This document shows, one piece after another, positions 17,880 to 27,262 of a DNA stretch of 38,302 bases. The number at the start of each line of letters is the position of its first letter. Position 1 is the stretch's first letter. The stretch is taken from positions 1 through 38,302 of IMG/VR virus record IMGVR_UViG_3300028586_000316; one strand, given 5' to 3'. The position numbers and the translations under genes are program-made. The notes below the pieces were generated by a model. The model saw only the letters and a program-made list of their open reading frames with translations. It was not told the origin of the DNA and searched no databases. Source of the DNA: a virus (taxonomy: Duplodnaviria > Caudoviricetes).

Positions 17880-18452
17880 ATGGCTTTGATGGGATATCGG
17901 GAGTACTCGCGCCACGCCGGCGTCACGCTGCGCGCAGTGCAAAAGGCGATCGAGGCCGGCCACATCAAGGTCACCGCAGAGAAGAAGATCGACTCCGACC
18001 AGGCCGACCGCGATTGGAGGGACAGCGACACCGTCTCGCGTCCTGTTGTGAGCATTGCCCAGCCAGAAAAACAGCGCGTTTCTCCGGCTGCGCCAAGCAG
18101 CGGGGAAAGCGGCCGGTCGGATGCCGCCGATGGCGCCGAGACGGAGAGCGATGCGTCGACCAGCGAGTATCGGTCCCATCGCGCCGAGCGCGAGAAGTAC
18201 AGCGCGCTGACGCAGAAGCTCGAGTACGAGCAGCTGGTGGGCAAGCTGATTGAGGTGGACGAGGCGAAGCGGATCGCGTTCACGACGTTCCGCAGCATCC
18301 GCGACTCGGTCCTCAACGTGCCGGCCCGGCTGAAGGACCAGCTGGCGGCGCTGGCGGACCCGTACCAGTGCGAGCGCATCATGGAAGCTGCGCTCTCCGC
18401 GGCGCTCGCCGGCATCGATGTTAGCAAGCTGCTGCAGGACCAGGACGAGTAA
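17880..18452 (+). CDS. Terminase small subunit (Nu1-like)
   Basis: N-terminal HTH YREYSRHAGVTLRAVQKAIEAG; C-terminal GKLIEVDEA...IRDSVLNVPARL; directly before terL. Confidence 0.85.
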   Translation: MALMGYREYSRHAGVTLRAVQKAIEAGHIKVTAEKKIDSDQADRDWRDSDTVSRPVVSIAQPEKQRVSPAAPSSGESGRSDAADGAETESDASTSEYRSHRAEREKYSALTQKLEYEQLVGKLIEVDEAKRIAFTTFRSIRDSVLNVPARLKDQLAALADPYQCERIMEAALSAALAGIDVSKLLQDQDE

Positions 18453-20449
18453 TGGGCGCGGTCGAAGCATTCATCCAGTCGCTCACCGAGGCGATCAAGC
18501 CGGACAACAGGATACCGATCGCGGAGTGGGCCGAGTCCTACCGCGTGCTGCCGCCAGACAGCCCCGAGCCGGGCCCGTGGCGCAACAGCCGTACGCCGTA
18601 CCTGCTCGGCATCATGGACGCGCTGTCGCCCGACAGCCAATACAGGGAGGTTTACCTCAAGAAGGGGCACCAGCTCGGCGGCTCTGCGCTGGGGGAGAAC
18701 TTCATCGGTCACGCGATCACGTCGGCGGCCGGCAACATCCTGGCCGTGTTCGCGACCCTCGAGGACGCGGAGAAGTGGGAGTTGTCCCGCTTCGAGCCGA
18801 TGCGGCTCTCGACCGCCGAACTGAAGAAGCGGATCCGCGACGCGAACGTCAAGGGTTCCGACAACACGAAGCGTCGCAAGAAGTTCCCGGGCGGCTTCAT
18901 GCAGCTGATCGGTGCGAACCGGCCGGGCGGGCTGAAGTCCTCGACGATGCGCTACGTGCTGCTCGAGGAGATGGACGAGTACGCCGGCGACATCGGCGAC
19001 CAGGGCGCTCCCGAGACCCTGGCGAAGAAGCGGACGTCGAACTTCGGCCGCAAGGCGCGCATATTCGGCAACAGCACGCCGACCATCGTCGGCAGCTCGC
19101 CGATCGACCGCAATTACCTGCGCGGCGACCAGCAGAAGTACATGGTCCAGTGCCCATGCTGTGGCACCCGCCAGTTCTTCAAATGGTCACAGATGAAGTG
19201 GCCGGAGGGCGAGCCTGAGAAGGTCCGCTACGTGTGCGAGGACTGCGGGGTGCTCAGCACCGAGGCCGAGTGGAAGACGCGCGGCTACGAGGGGGCGTAC
19301 TGGCACCCGACCGCCAAGGGCGAGCCCGGCGTGGCCAGCTTCCACCTGCCGTCACTGTACGCGCCGCTGGGCTGGCGCCCGTGGACCGAGCTGGCGTCCG
19401 ACTGGATCGCCGCGCAGAAGGACCCGGTCGCGCTGAAGGCCTTCATCAACAACGAACTGGCGGAGTGCTGGGAGGACTTGAGTGGCCAGGTGAAGGGCGC
19501 GGAGATCGCGAAGCGCCGCGAGACCTTCCAGCTGCGCACGATCCCGCAGGGCTGCCTGGCCCTGGTGATGTCGGTCGACGTGCAGGGCAACCGTCTTGAG
19601 TACCAGACCCTGGGCTTCGGCCGCAACAAGAAGCACTGGGTCATCGACTACGGAATCATCGACGGCGACCCGGCCAAAGATGACGTATGGACGCGTCTCA
19701 CCACGCTGCGCGAGCGGCCACTGGTGAACAGCTTCGGTGTCTCGATGCGTGTGCAGACGTGTGCAATCGACTCCGGTGGCCACCATACGCATGAGGTCTA
19801 TCACTACGCCCGGCTGTACCGGCATGCAGGCGTGTTCGCGGTCAAGGGCGCCTCGACCGCGGGCAAACCCGTCATCGGTCGTCCGAAGGCGATGGACGTG
19901 AACCACAAGGGCCGGACCATCAAGGGCGGCGTGCAGCTGTGGGAGGTTGGTACGGACACGGCAAAGTCGCTGCTGTTCAACTACATCGCGTCGGACGAGG
20001 AGGCGGTTCCTGACGATCGCTTCATCCGGTTCCCTGCAGGCCTGGCGGATGACTACTTCGAGCAGCTGACCGCCGAGGTGTACGACGCCGGCAAGTCCCA
20101 GTGGCGCAAGCTGCCCGGCCGCCGCAACGAAGTCATCGACCTGTTCGTGTACGGCTTCGCGGCTGCGTATCACCCGCTCCTGAGGTTAGACACGATGCGC
20201 GATGCGGACTGGGCCCAGTTGGAGAGTCTGATCGAACCGGTGAACGGCGATCTGTTCCGGCAGCCGCTTCCTGTCCCGGACGAGGCGGCGCCGGCCGCGC
20301 CTACAGCTGGCAACGATGCGGTACCGTCACCTGGTGCCGATGTGCAGGCAGCAACGGCGCCCGAACCGCCGCCGGTTGCGGCTGTATCACAACCCGAACA
20401 ACCGCCCGATGCCGATTGGCTCTCGGGCACAGATAACTGGCTGGACTGA
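18452..20449 (+). CDS. Terminase large subunit (lambda gpA family)
   Basis: WRNSRTPYL, KGHQLGGS, LLEEMDEY, STPT, CPCC...CEDC, SVDVQ, IDSGG, AVKG, RNEVID. Confidence 0.95.
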   Translation: MGAVEAFIQSLTEAIKPDNRIPIAEWAESYRVLPPDSPEPGPWRNSRTPYLLGIMDALSPDSQYREVYLKKGHQLGGSALGENFIGHAITSAAGNILAVFATLEDAEKWELSRFEPMRLSTAELKKRIRDANVKGSDNTKRRKKFPGGFMQLIGANRPGGLKSSTMRYVLLEEMDEYAGDIGDQGAPETLAKKRTSNFGRKARIFGNSTPTIVGSSPIDRNYLRGDQQKYMVQCPCCGTRQFFKWSQMKWPEGEPEKVRYVCEDCGVLSTEAEWKTRGYEGAYWHPTAKGEPGVASFHLPSLYAPLGWRPWTELASDWIAAQKDPVALKAFINNELAECWEDLSGQVKGAEIAKRRETFQLRTIPQGCLALVMSVDVQGNRLEYQTLGFGRNKKHWVIDYGIIDGDPAKDDVWTRLTTLRERPLVNSFGVSMRVQTCAIDSGGHHTHEVYHYARLYRHAGVFAVKGASTAGKPVIGRPKAMDVNHKGRTIKGGVQLWEVGTDTAKSLLFNYIASDEEAVPDDRFIRFPAGLADDYFEQLTAEVYDAGKSQWRKLPGRRNEVIDLFVYGFAAAYHPLLRLDTMRDADWAQLESLIEPVNGDLFRQPLPVPDEAAPAAPTAGNDAVPSPGADVQAATAPEPPPVAAVSQPEQPPDADWLSGTDNWLD

Positions 20450-20451
20450 CC

Positions 20452-20673
20452 ATGGCATTCACACTTTCTCAACTCAACGCGCTCGACGCCGCGCTGGCAT
20501 CCGGCCAGCTTTCGGTCAATTACGATGGCAAAAGCATCACTTACCGCAGTGTGACCGAACTAGTCACGGCACGGAACATCGTGCGCTCGGAACTGATTGC
20601 CGCAGGCCAGCTGTCCGAGGGGCGGCGGTCCAACCGGGGACCGGCGTCGTTGGCTTCCTTCAGCCGGGACTGA
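20452..20673 (+). CDS. Head-tail joining protein (gpW-like)
   Basis: AFTLSQLNALDAALASGQLSVNYDGKSITYRS; between terL and portal. Confidence 0.85.
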   Translation: MAFTLSQLNALDAALASGQLSVNYDGKSITYRSVTELVTARNIVRSELIAAGQLSEGRRSNRGPASLASFSRD

Positions 20674-20674
20674 C

Positions 20675-22126
20675 ATGAATCTGATCGATGAATTCGTCAG
20701 CTTCTTTAACCCGCTCGCGGGCGTCCGGCGTGCACAGGCCCGCATCGCCTTGGATCATGTGCGCGGGTACGATGCAGCCAAGGTTGGCCGGCGCACGAGC
20801 GGCTGGGTGGCGGGAAGCGGGAGTGCGAACGCCGAGATCGGCCCAGCGCTGACTCGGGTAAGGAACCGGTGCCGCGATGTGGTCCGCAATAACGAGTATG
20901 CAGCCCGTGCACTCGACAGCCTGGTGACCAATACGGTCGGCGACGGCATCACGGCAAAGGCGACCGACCAGGCGCTGTGGGACGACTGGTGCGAATACTG
21001 CGACGCGGACAACCAGCTCGACTTCGCCGGCTTGCTGGAGCTGGCTGTCCGCACGCGTCGCGAGAGTGGCGAGGTCCTTATCCGCTTCAGGCAGCGCTTG
21101 CCCGAAGACGGTTTGGCAATTCCCCTGCAGCTGCAGGTGCTGGAGCCGGATCATCTCGACAACACGAAGCATGGTCCGCTTGCGAATGGCAATTTCGCCA
21201 TCACCGGCGTCGAGTACAACCTCATCGGCCAGCGAGTCGCTTACTGGCTCTACCCGGTGCACCCCGGCGAGGTGGCAACCTACCAGCTAAATTCGCTACA
21301 AAGCGTTCGCGTGCCGGCATCCGAGGTGCTGCACTACTACCGCAAGCGCAGACCTACCCAGGTGCGGGGCATGCCGGAGCTGGCGGTGTCGCTGCTCCGG
21401 ATGCGCGACCTGGACGACTACGAGCAGGCCGAGCTGGTGCGCAAGAAGATCGAGGCCTGCTTCGTTGCCTTCGTCCGAACCGATAACCAAGGCTCGCGCC
21501 TGGGCCCTGCCAGCGACTCGCCTAAGGGGCAGGTGCAGGAGAAGGTCGCGCCGGGGATGATCAAGTACCTGTCCAACGCTGAGAGCGTCGACTTCGGCAG
21601 CCCATCGTCTAACGGCGGGTATGGCGAATACACCCGGTCGCAGCTGCAGGCGATCGCCGCCGGCGCCGGCGTCATGTACTCGCAGATGACCGGAGACCTG
21701 TCGAGCTTTAACTACAGCAGCTACCGAGCCGGTCTCGTTGAGTTCCGCCAGATGATCAAGGCAGAGCAGTGGCTGGCGTTGAAGCCGATGGTTCTGGCGC
21801 CGATCGCGCGGCGTTTCCAGCAGGTTGCCCTGCTGGCCGGGAAGACCAGGAAGCCCGTCCAGCCCTTCGTCTGGAACATGCCGAAGCTGCAATGGGTCGA
21901 TCCGCTCAAGGACGTGATGGCCGAGAAGGAAGCGATCCGCGGTGGCCTGAAGTCGCTGTCGGCCTCAATCCGTGAAGGAGGCGAAGATCCTGACAAGGTG
22001 CGCAAGGAAATTGCTGAAGAGCGCGAGCAGCTCAAGAGCATGGGCATCGTCGTCGACTCGGACGCCGCGGTTTCCAGCAAGCTTATCGACGCCGCAACCA
22101 CGGCAAAAATCATCGGCGCGGACTGA
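20675..22126 (+). CDS. Portal protein, lambda family
   Basis: YDAA...RNRCRDVVRNNEYA, QVRGMP, TGDLSSFNYSSYRAG, WVDPLKD; start reassigned to the ATG at 20675. Confidence 0.95.
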   Translation: MNLIDEFVSFFNPLAGVRRAQARIALDHVRGYDAAKVGRRTSGWVAGSGSANAEIGPALTRVRNRCRDVVRNNEYAARALDSLVTNTVGDGITAKATDQALWDDWCEYCDADNQLDFAGLLELAVRTRRESGEVLIRFRQRLPEDGLAIPLQLQVLEPDHLDNTKHGPLANGNFAITGVEYNLIGQRVAYWLYPVHPGEVATYQLNSLQSVRVPASEVLHYYRKRRPTQVRGMPELAVSLLRMRDLDDYEQAELVRKKIEACFVAFVRTDNQGSRLGPASDSPKGQVQEKVAPGMIKYLSNAESVDFGSPSSNGGYGEYTRSQLQAIAAGAGVMYSQMTGDLSSFNYSSYRAGLVEFRQMIKAEQWLALKPMVLAPIARRFQQVALLAGKTRKPVQPFVWNMPKLQWVDPLKDVMAEKEAIRGGLKSLSASIREGGEDPDKVRKEIAEEREQLKSMGIVVDSDAAVSSKLIDAATTAKIIGAD

Positions 22127-22144
22127 AGCCGCTTTCATTCACCA

Positions 22145-22180
22145 GCCCCGCAGGCGTGAGCCTGACGGGGCATTTTTTTT
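22145..22180 (+). terminator. Intrinsic terminator
   Basis: GCCCCGCAGGC-GTGA-GCCTGACGGGGC followed by AT8. Confidence 0.75.
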
Positions 22181-22190
22181 GGGATAAACA

Positions 22191-24245
22191 ATGCCGCAAC
22201 CTGCAGAACAGCAGCAGATTCAGCAGCTGCCGATGATGTCGCGCGAGGCGCCCGTAACCGCGGTGAACGCCGAAACGCGTTCGGTCGACCTGGTGTGGAG
22301 CACCGGCGCCGGCGTGCTGCGCTACGACTGGTACGCCGAACGCTATTACAACGAAGTGCTGAGCATGGATCCGTCGCACGTGCGTATGGCCCGGCTGCAG
22401 TCCGGCCGAGCGCCGCTGCTCAACACGCACAGCCGTTGGGATCTCAGCAGCGTACTCGGCGTTATCCGCTCGGCGGCCCTCGAGCAAGGTCAGGGCGTCG
22501 CCTCGGCGGAGTTCTCCAAGCGCGCCGACGTCGAGCCATACTACCAGGACGTGGTCGACAAGATCATCGGCAACGTCTCGGTCGGCTACACCGTGCATGC
22601 GTTCGAGCGGATCCCGCCGACCAACCCGGGCGACCTATGGACCTACATGGCCGTCGACTGGGAGCCGACCGAGGCCTCCCTCGTGCCGATCGGTGCGGAT
22701 GCCGACGCCGGCGTGCGCAGCATCGACCAGACGCCGCCAAAGATGCCCGAAGGACGACTCAGCCCGTGCAAGTTCACGACCCGCAGTATCGATTCCAACC
22801 ACCCGCCGGCAGCCGCTGGCACCACTACCACCCGAAAGGACAACACCATGCCCGGTGAAAACACCACCCCGGCGGCAACGACCCCGGCCGTTCCGCAGAT
22901 CGATCAGCGCGCACTCGACGCAGCACGTGCCGAGGGCGCCCGCGCCGAAGCAGAACGCCAGGCCGGCATCCGCGAAGCCGTCACCCTGGGTGGCCTCGAT
23001 GCAGCCTTCGCCGACCAGCTGATCGCCCGCTCCGATATGACCGCGGCCGATGCCGGCATGGCCGTGCTGCGCGAGAAGGCTAAGCGCGACGCCGCAGCCC
23101 CGACCCGCAGCGCGGCCGACATCCAGACCGTCCGCGATGAGACGGAAATGCGCCGCTCGGCTATCGGCGACGCCATCGTACTGCGCGCGAACCCGAATGC
23201 GGCATTCCGTAGCGATGCCCGCCGCCTGGAAGCTGCCCGTCAGTATCGCGGGATGACCCTGATGGACATGGCGCGCGAGTCGATCGAAGCTGCCGGCGGC
23301 AACGCGCGCGGCCTGTCGCGTCGCGAGATCGCCGTCATGGCGCTGAACCTGGACAACGATATGCGTGGCCGCGGTGGCATGACCTCGACGAGCGACTTCC
23401 CGCAAATCCTCGCTGGCACCGTGAACCGTACCCTGCGCGCTGCCTACGAGATTCAGACGCGCACCTTCACTGGCTGGGCCCGCGAATCGAGCGCGCCTGA
23501 CTTCCGTGAAGTGGCCCGCACCCAGCTGTCGGAATCGTCCGCGTTCAAGCAGGTCAAGGAAGGTGGTGAGTACAAGATGATCACCTTCGGCGAATCGGCC
23601 GAGAAGTACTCGCTGGGCAAGTGGGGCGGCATCGTCGCGCTGACCTGGGAAACGCTCATCAACGACGACCTCGGCGCATTCGACCGCATTCCGCTGGCAC
23701 TCGCAGCTGAAGCGGCTGCGCTCGAGGGTGACATCGTCTACGGCATCTTAACCGGCGCCGCTTCGATGGCGGACGGCAAGGCGCTGTTCGATGCCGCGCA
23801 CGGAAACGTCGCCGCCGCTGGCGGCGCAATCACCGACCTGACCCTGAGCGACGGCCGCGCAGCCATGCGCAAGCAGGTCGGGCTGAAGGGCCGCAAGTTG
23901 AACCTGACCCCGGCCTTCCTGATCGTCGGCCCGGACAACGAAACCGCGGCGAACAAGTACACCTCGGCCTCGTTCGTAGCGGCCAAGGCCGGCGACATCA
24001 ACCCGAACTACAACACCAGCCTGGAAGTCGTCGTCGACCCGCGCATCGAAGGCAAGCCGTGGCACCTGGCCGCGACGCCGGCGCTGGTGGACACCATCGA
24101 ATACGCATACCTGGAAGGCGAACAGGGCCTGTTCACCGAGACCCGTCAAGGCTTCGAAGTCGACGGTCTGCAGATCAAGGCTCGCCACGTGTTCGGCGCC
24201 AAAGCAATCGACTGGCGCGGCCTGTACAAGAACGCCGGCCAGTAA
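22191..24245 (+). CDS. Prohead protease - major capsid fusion protein
   Basis: N-terminal APLLNTH...IGNVSVGY...WEPTEASLVPIGAD (HK97-type protease); C-terminal STSDFPQIL...LINDDLGAF...FGAKAIDWRGLYKN capsid. Confidence 0.92.
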   Translation: MPQPAEQQQIQQLPMMSREAPVTAVNAETRSVDLVWSTGAGVLRYDWYAERYYNEVLSMDPSHVRMARLQSGRAPLLNTHSRWDLSSVLGVIRSAALEQGQGVASAEFSKRADVEPYYQDVVDKIIGNVSVGYTVHAFERIPPTNPGDLWTYMAVDWEPTEASLVPIGADADAGVRSIDQTPPKMPEGRLSPCKFTTRSIDSNHPPAAAGTTTTRKDNTMPGENTTPAATTPAVPQIDQRALDAARAEGARAEAERQAGIREAVTLGGLDAAFADQLIARSDMTAADAGMAVLREKAKRDAAAPTRSAADIQTVRDETEMRRSAIGDAIVLRANPNAAFRSDARRLEAARQYRGMTLMDMARESIEAAGGNARGLSRREIAVMALNLDNDMRGRGGMTSTSDFPQILAGTVNRTLRAAYEIQTRTFTGWARESSAPDFREVARTQLSESSAFKQVKEGGEYKMITFGESAEKYSLGKWGGIVALTWETLINDDLGAFDRIPLALAAEAAALEGDIVYGILTGAASMADGKALFDAAHGNVAAAGGAITDLTLSDGRAAMRKQVGLKGRKLNLTPAFLIVGPDNETAANKYTSASFVAAKAGDINPNYNTSLEVVVDPRIEGKPWHLAATPALVDTIEYAYLEGEQGLFTETRQGFEVDGLQIKARHVFGAKAIDWRGLYKNAGQ

Positions 24246-24319
24246 ACGCGGTTCGCTCCAAGGCTGGCCAGCAGCAGCTGGCCAGCTGTGTCTGAAATTT
24301 CCCTCTTAAAAGGAATCAC

Positions 24320-24652
24320 ATGCAGAACTTTATTCAAAAAGGCTCGACCCTGAGCCTGGCCGTCGCAGCCGCTGTCCAGGCTGGCCAAGCTGTCCTGGTC
24401 GGCAAGATCTTCGGCGTTGCGGTGGCGAATGTCGCAGCCGGCGCGTCCGGCGAGTTCCAGACCGAGGGCGTATTCGATCTGCCGGCACTCGGGACCGACA
24501 CCGCTGCTCAGGGCGCAATCCTGTACTGGGATGCGGCCAACAGCCGTCTGACGACGACGGCCGCCGGCAATACGCGTGTCGGTGTCGCGGTCGTGGCGAA
24601 GGTTGCCGGCGCCGCCACGGCGACCATTAAGATCGACTCGGTCATCAGCTAA
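24320..24652 (+). CDS. DUF2190-family capsid decoration protein
   Basis: MQNFIQKGSTL...GVAVANVAAG...EGVFDLP...LYWD. Confidence 0.85.
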   Translation: MQNFIQKGSTLSLAVAAAVQAGQAVLVGKIFGVAVANVAAGASGEFQTEGVFDLPALGTDTAAQGAILYWDAANSRLTTTAAGNTRVGVAVVAKVAGAATATIKIDSVIS

Positions 24653-24674
24653 ACACAACAGTCGTGGGGACGTA

Positions 24675-24983
24675 ATGAGCTTCGATGCTTCTGTCTTCTG
24701 GCCGGCATTCAAGGATGCCGGGATGCTGGACGTGGCGGTCTACCAGCCACTGAACGGGATAGCTATTCCGTTCGATGTCAGCTTTAAACGTCCGGACCAG
24801 GTGGTGCTCGACGGGATGGTCCATACCACCGACTACAGCATCGAGTACCAGGCGGTCGACATCGTGCTGCAGCGCGGGTACGTGTTGCGGATCGAAGGTA
24901 TCGACTACAAGGTTCGACAGACCCCTTCAGCGAAGGGGGATGGAACCTTCTACGTCGCCTCGCTGGAGGTGGTCAAGCCATGA
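24675..24983 (+). CDS. Head-tail joining protein (gpFII-like)
   Basis: Position and size; LRIEGIDYKVRQ...GDG motif. Confidence 0.7.
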   Translation: MSFDASVFWPAFKDAGMLDVAVYQPLNGIAIPFDVSFKRPDQVVLDGMVHTTDYSIEYQAVDIVLQRGYVLRIEGIDYKVRQTPSAKGDGTFYVASLEVVKP

Positions 24984-25396
24984 CCTTGCGCGAAAGCTAC
25001 ATCCAGAGCTTGATCGCCCTGCTCGAGGTGATTCCCTGGTTTGGTGCCAATGTGACCCGCTCGATGTCCGTGGCGTTCAGCCGTGAAGAGAGCCCGATGG
25101 TGATCGTCCACCGCGGCGCCGAGGATGTCGAGAACAGTCTCGGCGACGACACTGACCGGCATTGTGAGATCCGTGTCAGCGTGCTCTCGCGTGCGGATGC
25201 TCCCGATCAGGAGGCGGACGAAGTCATGGAGCGGGCGCACCCGGTAATCATGCAGTTTCAAGCTCCCGGCGTCATTCTCGTAGAAGAGGTGGGCACGGAC
25301 GAACCGAGGTTCGCCAGCGCCGATGGCACCGCATGCGTGGTTACGACCCGGTACAGGATCCACTACAGCTCGTCCCGACTCAGTCTCAGCGACTGA
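24980..25396 (+). CDS. Tail terminator (gpU-like)
   Basis: Position before the tail tube gene; MTLRESYIQSL...YRIHY. Confidence 0.65.
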   Translation: MTLRESYIQSLIALLEVIPWFGANVTRSMSVAFSREESPMVIVHRGAEDVENSLGDDTDRHCEIRVSVLSRADAPDQEADEVMERAHPVIMQFQAPGVILVEEVGTDEPRFASADGTACVVTTRYRIHYSSSRLSLSD

Positions 25397-25449
25397 GCTC
25401 CCAGCTACAACCATGCCGCGCAAGCGGCTTCAATTTTTGGAGAATTTAC

Positions 25450-26082
25450 ATGTCCGGAATTTCCGCACAAGGCAGCACGCTGGAGATCGGCACCGGCAAC
25501 GGCGCGGCGAAGAACATCACCGCCATCACCGTTGGCTTCCCGGCCGTCTTCACCAGTGCAGGCCATGGCTTCACCAATGGCACCGTGATCAAGCTCGCCG
25601 GCATTGGCGGCTCGATGGCGGCCCTGAATGGCAGCGAGCACGTCGTCGCGAATGCGACTGTCGACAGCTATGCCCTGCTGGATGTCAACACGACCGGCCT
25701 GGTGTTTGGTGCCGGCGGTACGGCAACGCCGAAAGCGTATACCAAAATCAACGGCCTGCTGTCGTTCGACGGCTTCGATGGCGCAGCATCCGACATCGAC
25801 TCGACGGACCTGGACAGCCAGGCGATGGAATACATTAGCGGCCTGCGCGATGAAGGCAAGTTCGGCTTCGAGACCAAAGTGCTGGCGGCCGACAACGGGC
25901 AGATCGCGCTGCGTGCTGCACGTGCCAGCGGCGCCGTGGTGGACATGAAGCTGTCGCTCCCGGATGGCACCGTCGCCAGCTTTAAGGTCTTGGTCAAGTC
26001 GATCCCCAGCTCCGGCGCCGTGAACGCTCTGCTGAAGGGCAAGGTCGACACCAAGATCAGCGGCCCAGTCGTATGGAGCTGA
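25450..26082 (+). CDS. Major tail tube protein
   Basis: MSGISAQGSTLEIG...IDSTDLDSQAMEYISGLRDEG...KISGPV; GGAGA SD. Confidence 0.85.
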   Translation: MSGISAQGSTLEIGTGNGAAKNITAITVGFPAVFTSAGHGFTNGTVIKLAGIGGSMAALNGSEHVVANATVDSYALLDVNTTGLVFGAGGTATPKAYTKINGLLSFDGFDGAASDIDSTDLDSQAMEYISGLRDEGKFGFETKVLAADNGQIALRAARASGAVVDMKLSLPDGTVASFKVLVKSIPSSGAVNALLKGKVDTKISGPVVWS

Positions 26083-26084
26083 CC

Positions 26085-26471
26085 ATGCGCCTGCTCTCTA
26101 AATCGGCAATCCTCGGCGCCGCAGACCTGAAGCACGAGGACGTTCCGGTGCCCCAGTGGGGCGGAACCGTGCGCGTGCGTGTCATGAACGGCGTCGAGCG
26201 CGACGAGTTCAGGGCGGCACTCGCAGCTGCAGGCGACACGGTCCCGGTCGGCAAGTTCTCGGCGGCGCTGCTCGCGGCGACCTGCATCGACGAGAGCGGC
26301 GCCCGGCTGTTCACGATGGAGGACATCGAGGCCCTGCAGGCCAAGAGCGCCGCCTCGCTGGACGCGCCTGCAGCCGTCGCCATGCGCCTGAACGGTCTCG
26401 GTGCGACCGCGGTCGAGGACGCTGCAAAAAACTCCGCGAGCGGCCAGAGCGGAGATTCTGGTTCCGCCTAG
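26085..26471 (+). CDS. Tail assembly chaperone (gpG-like)
   Basis: VPVPQWGGTVRVRVMNG...DESGARLFT; ends just after the slippery site A AAA AAC. Confidence 0.85.
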   Translation: MRLLSKSAILGAADLKHEDVPVPQWGGTVRVRVMNGVERDEFRAALAAAGDTVPVGKFSAALLAATCIDESGARLFTMEDIEALQAKSAASLDAPAAVAMRLNGLGATAVEDAAKNSASGQSGDSGSA

Positions 26472-26788
26472 CGAAAGAGCTGGGCATGAGCGTCCACCAG
26501 GCGCAGCTGCAGATCAGCTCGACGGAGTTCACTGAGTGGATGGCCTTCTACGAGCTCGAGCCGTTCGGCGACATCATCGCCGACCTGCGGCACGGGACTG
26601 CAGCGGCGCTCCTGGCGAATATCAACCGCGACAGCAAGTCCCGGCCGGAGCAGTACATGGCCGAGGACTTCATCTTCTGGCGCCGCGAGGACCAGGCAGT
26701 GGAAGACGCTGCACCAGTCTTGCTGGACGACCCTGTCGCCCAATCGAACCTGCTGCGTGCTGCCCTGTTTGGGCTGTCTCCAAAATAG
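26426..26788 (+). CDS. gpT-like extension reached by -1 frameshift
   Basis: AAAAAAC at 26426-26432; the -1 frame reads KKLRERPERRFWFRLAKELG...EFTEWMAFYELEPFG. Confidence 0.8.
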   Translation, partial: KKLRERPERRFWFRLAKELGMSVHQAQLQISSTEFTEWMAFYELEPFGDIIADLRHGTAAALLANINRDSKSRPEQYMAEDFIFWRREDQAVEDAAPVLLDDPVAQSNLLRAALFGLSPK

Positions 26789-26829
26789 TTGTGGCATCAT
26801 TCCTCCGGTCAACATTTAAGGGAGGAATG

Positions 26830-27180
26830 ATGAAGGCAGCGATTCTAGCGTGCGTTCTCGCGATAGCGGCCGTTGGCTGCACGACAACAAGTGGCGTGCA
26901 GGTCCAGCAGTCACAGCTGTCAAGTTTCCAGAAGGGCGTCACGACCGACGAAGATGTCATCAGGGCGCTCGGGGCGCCGACCATGTCGAGCGCGACATCG
27001 GAAGGCGAACGGGTGCTGGTTTATTCGTTCGCGCAATACAAGGCCTTCGCCGCCAGCGGGAACGTGAAGGCCAATTCGGTAGTGTTGAACTTCGATAGAA
27101 ACCGGAAGCTGGTGTCGTACAGCACGTCCGACATGAACCTCAACAGCGGGACCTCAGCAGCTGGGCAACCGCGGCAGTAG
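26830..27180 (+). CDS. Moron lipoprotein, BamE/SmpA-like
   Basis: GGAGG SD; signal peptide with lipobox AVGC; FQKGVTTDEDVIRALGAP...LVYSF...VVLNFDRNRKL. Confidence 0.75.
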   Translation: MKAAILACVLAIAAVGCTTTSGVQVQQSQLSSFQKGVTTDEDVIRALGAPTMSSATSEGERVLVYSFAQYKAFAASGNVKANSVVLNFDRNRKLVSYSTSDMNLNSGTSAAGQPRQ

Positions 27181-27219
27181 TACAACGCTGCGCGCTGGAC
27201 GCGCGCCACCGTGAACAAC

Positions 27220-27252
27220 AGAGAGCTCGCCACCGGCGGGCTCTTTTCTTTT
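27220..27252 (+). terminator. Moron terminator
   Basis: AGAGCTCGCC-ACC-GGCGGGCTCT followed by TTTCTTTT. Confidence 0.75.
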
Positions 27253-27262
27253 GGAAGACAGA

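Noticed and set aside
24263-24286. GCTGGCCAGC-AGCA-GCTGGCCAGC hairpin after the capsid gene
   Set aside because: Probably an ordinary mRNA-stabilising stem; no other copies seen
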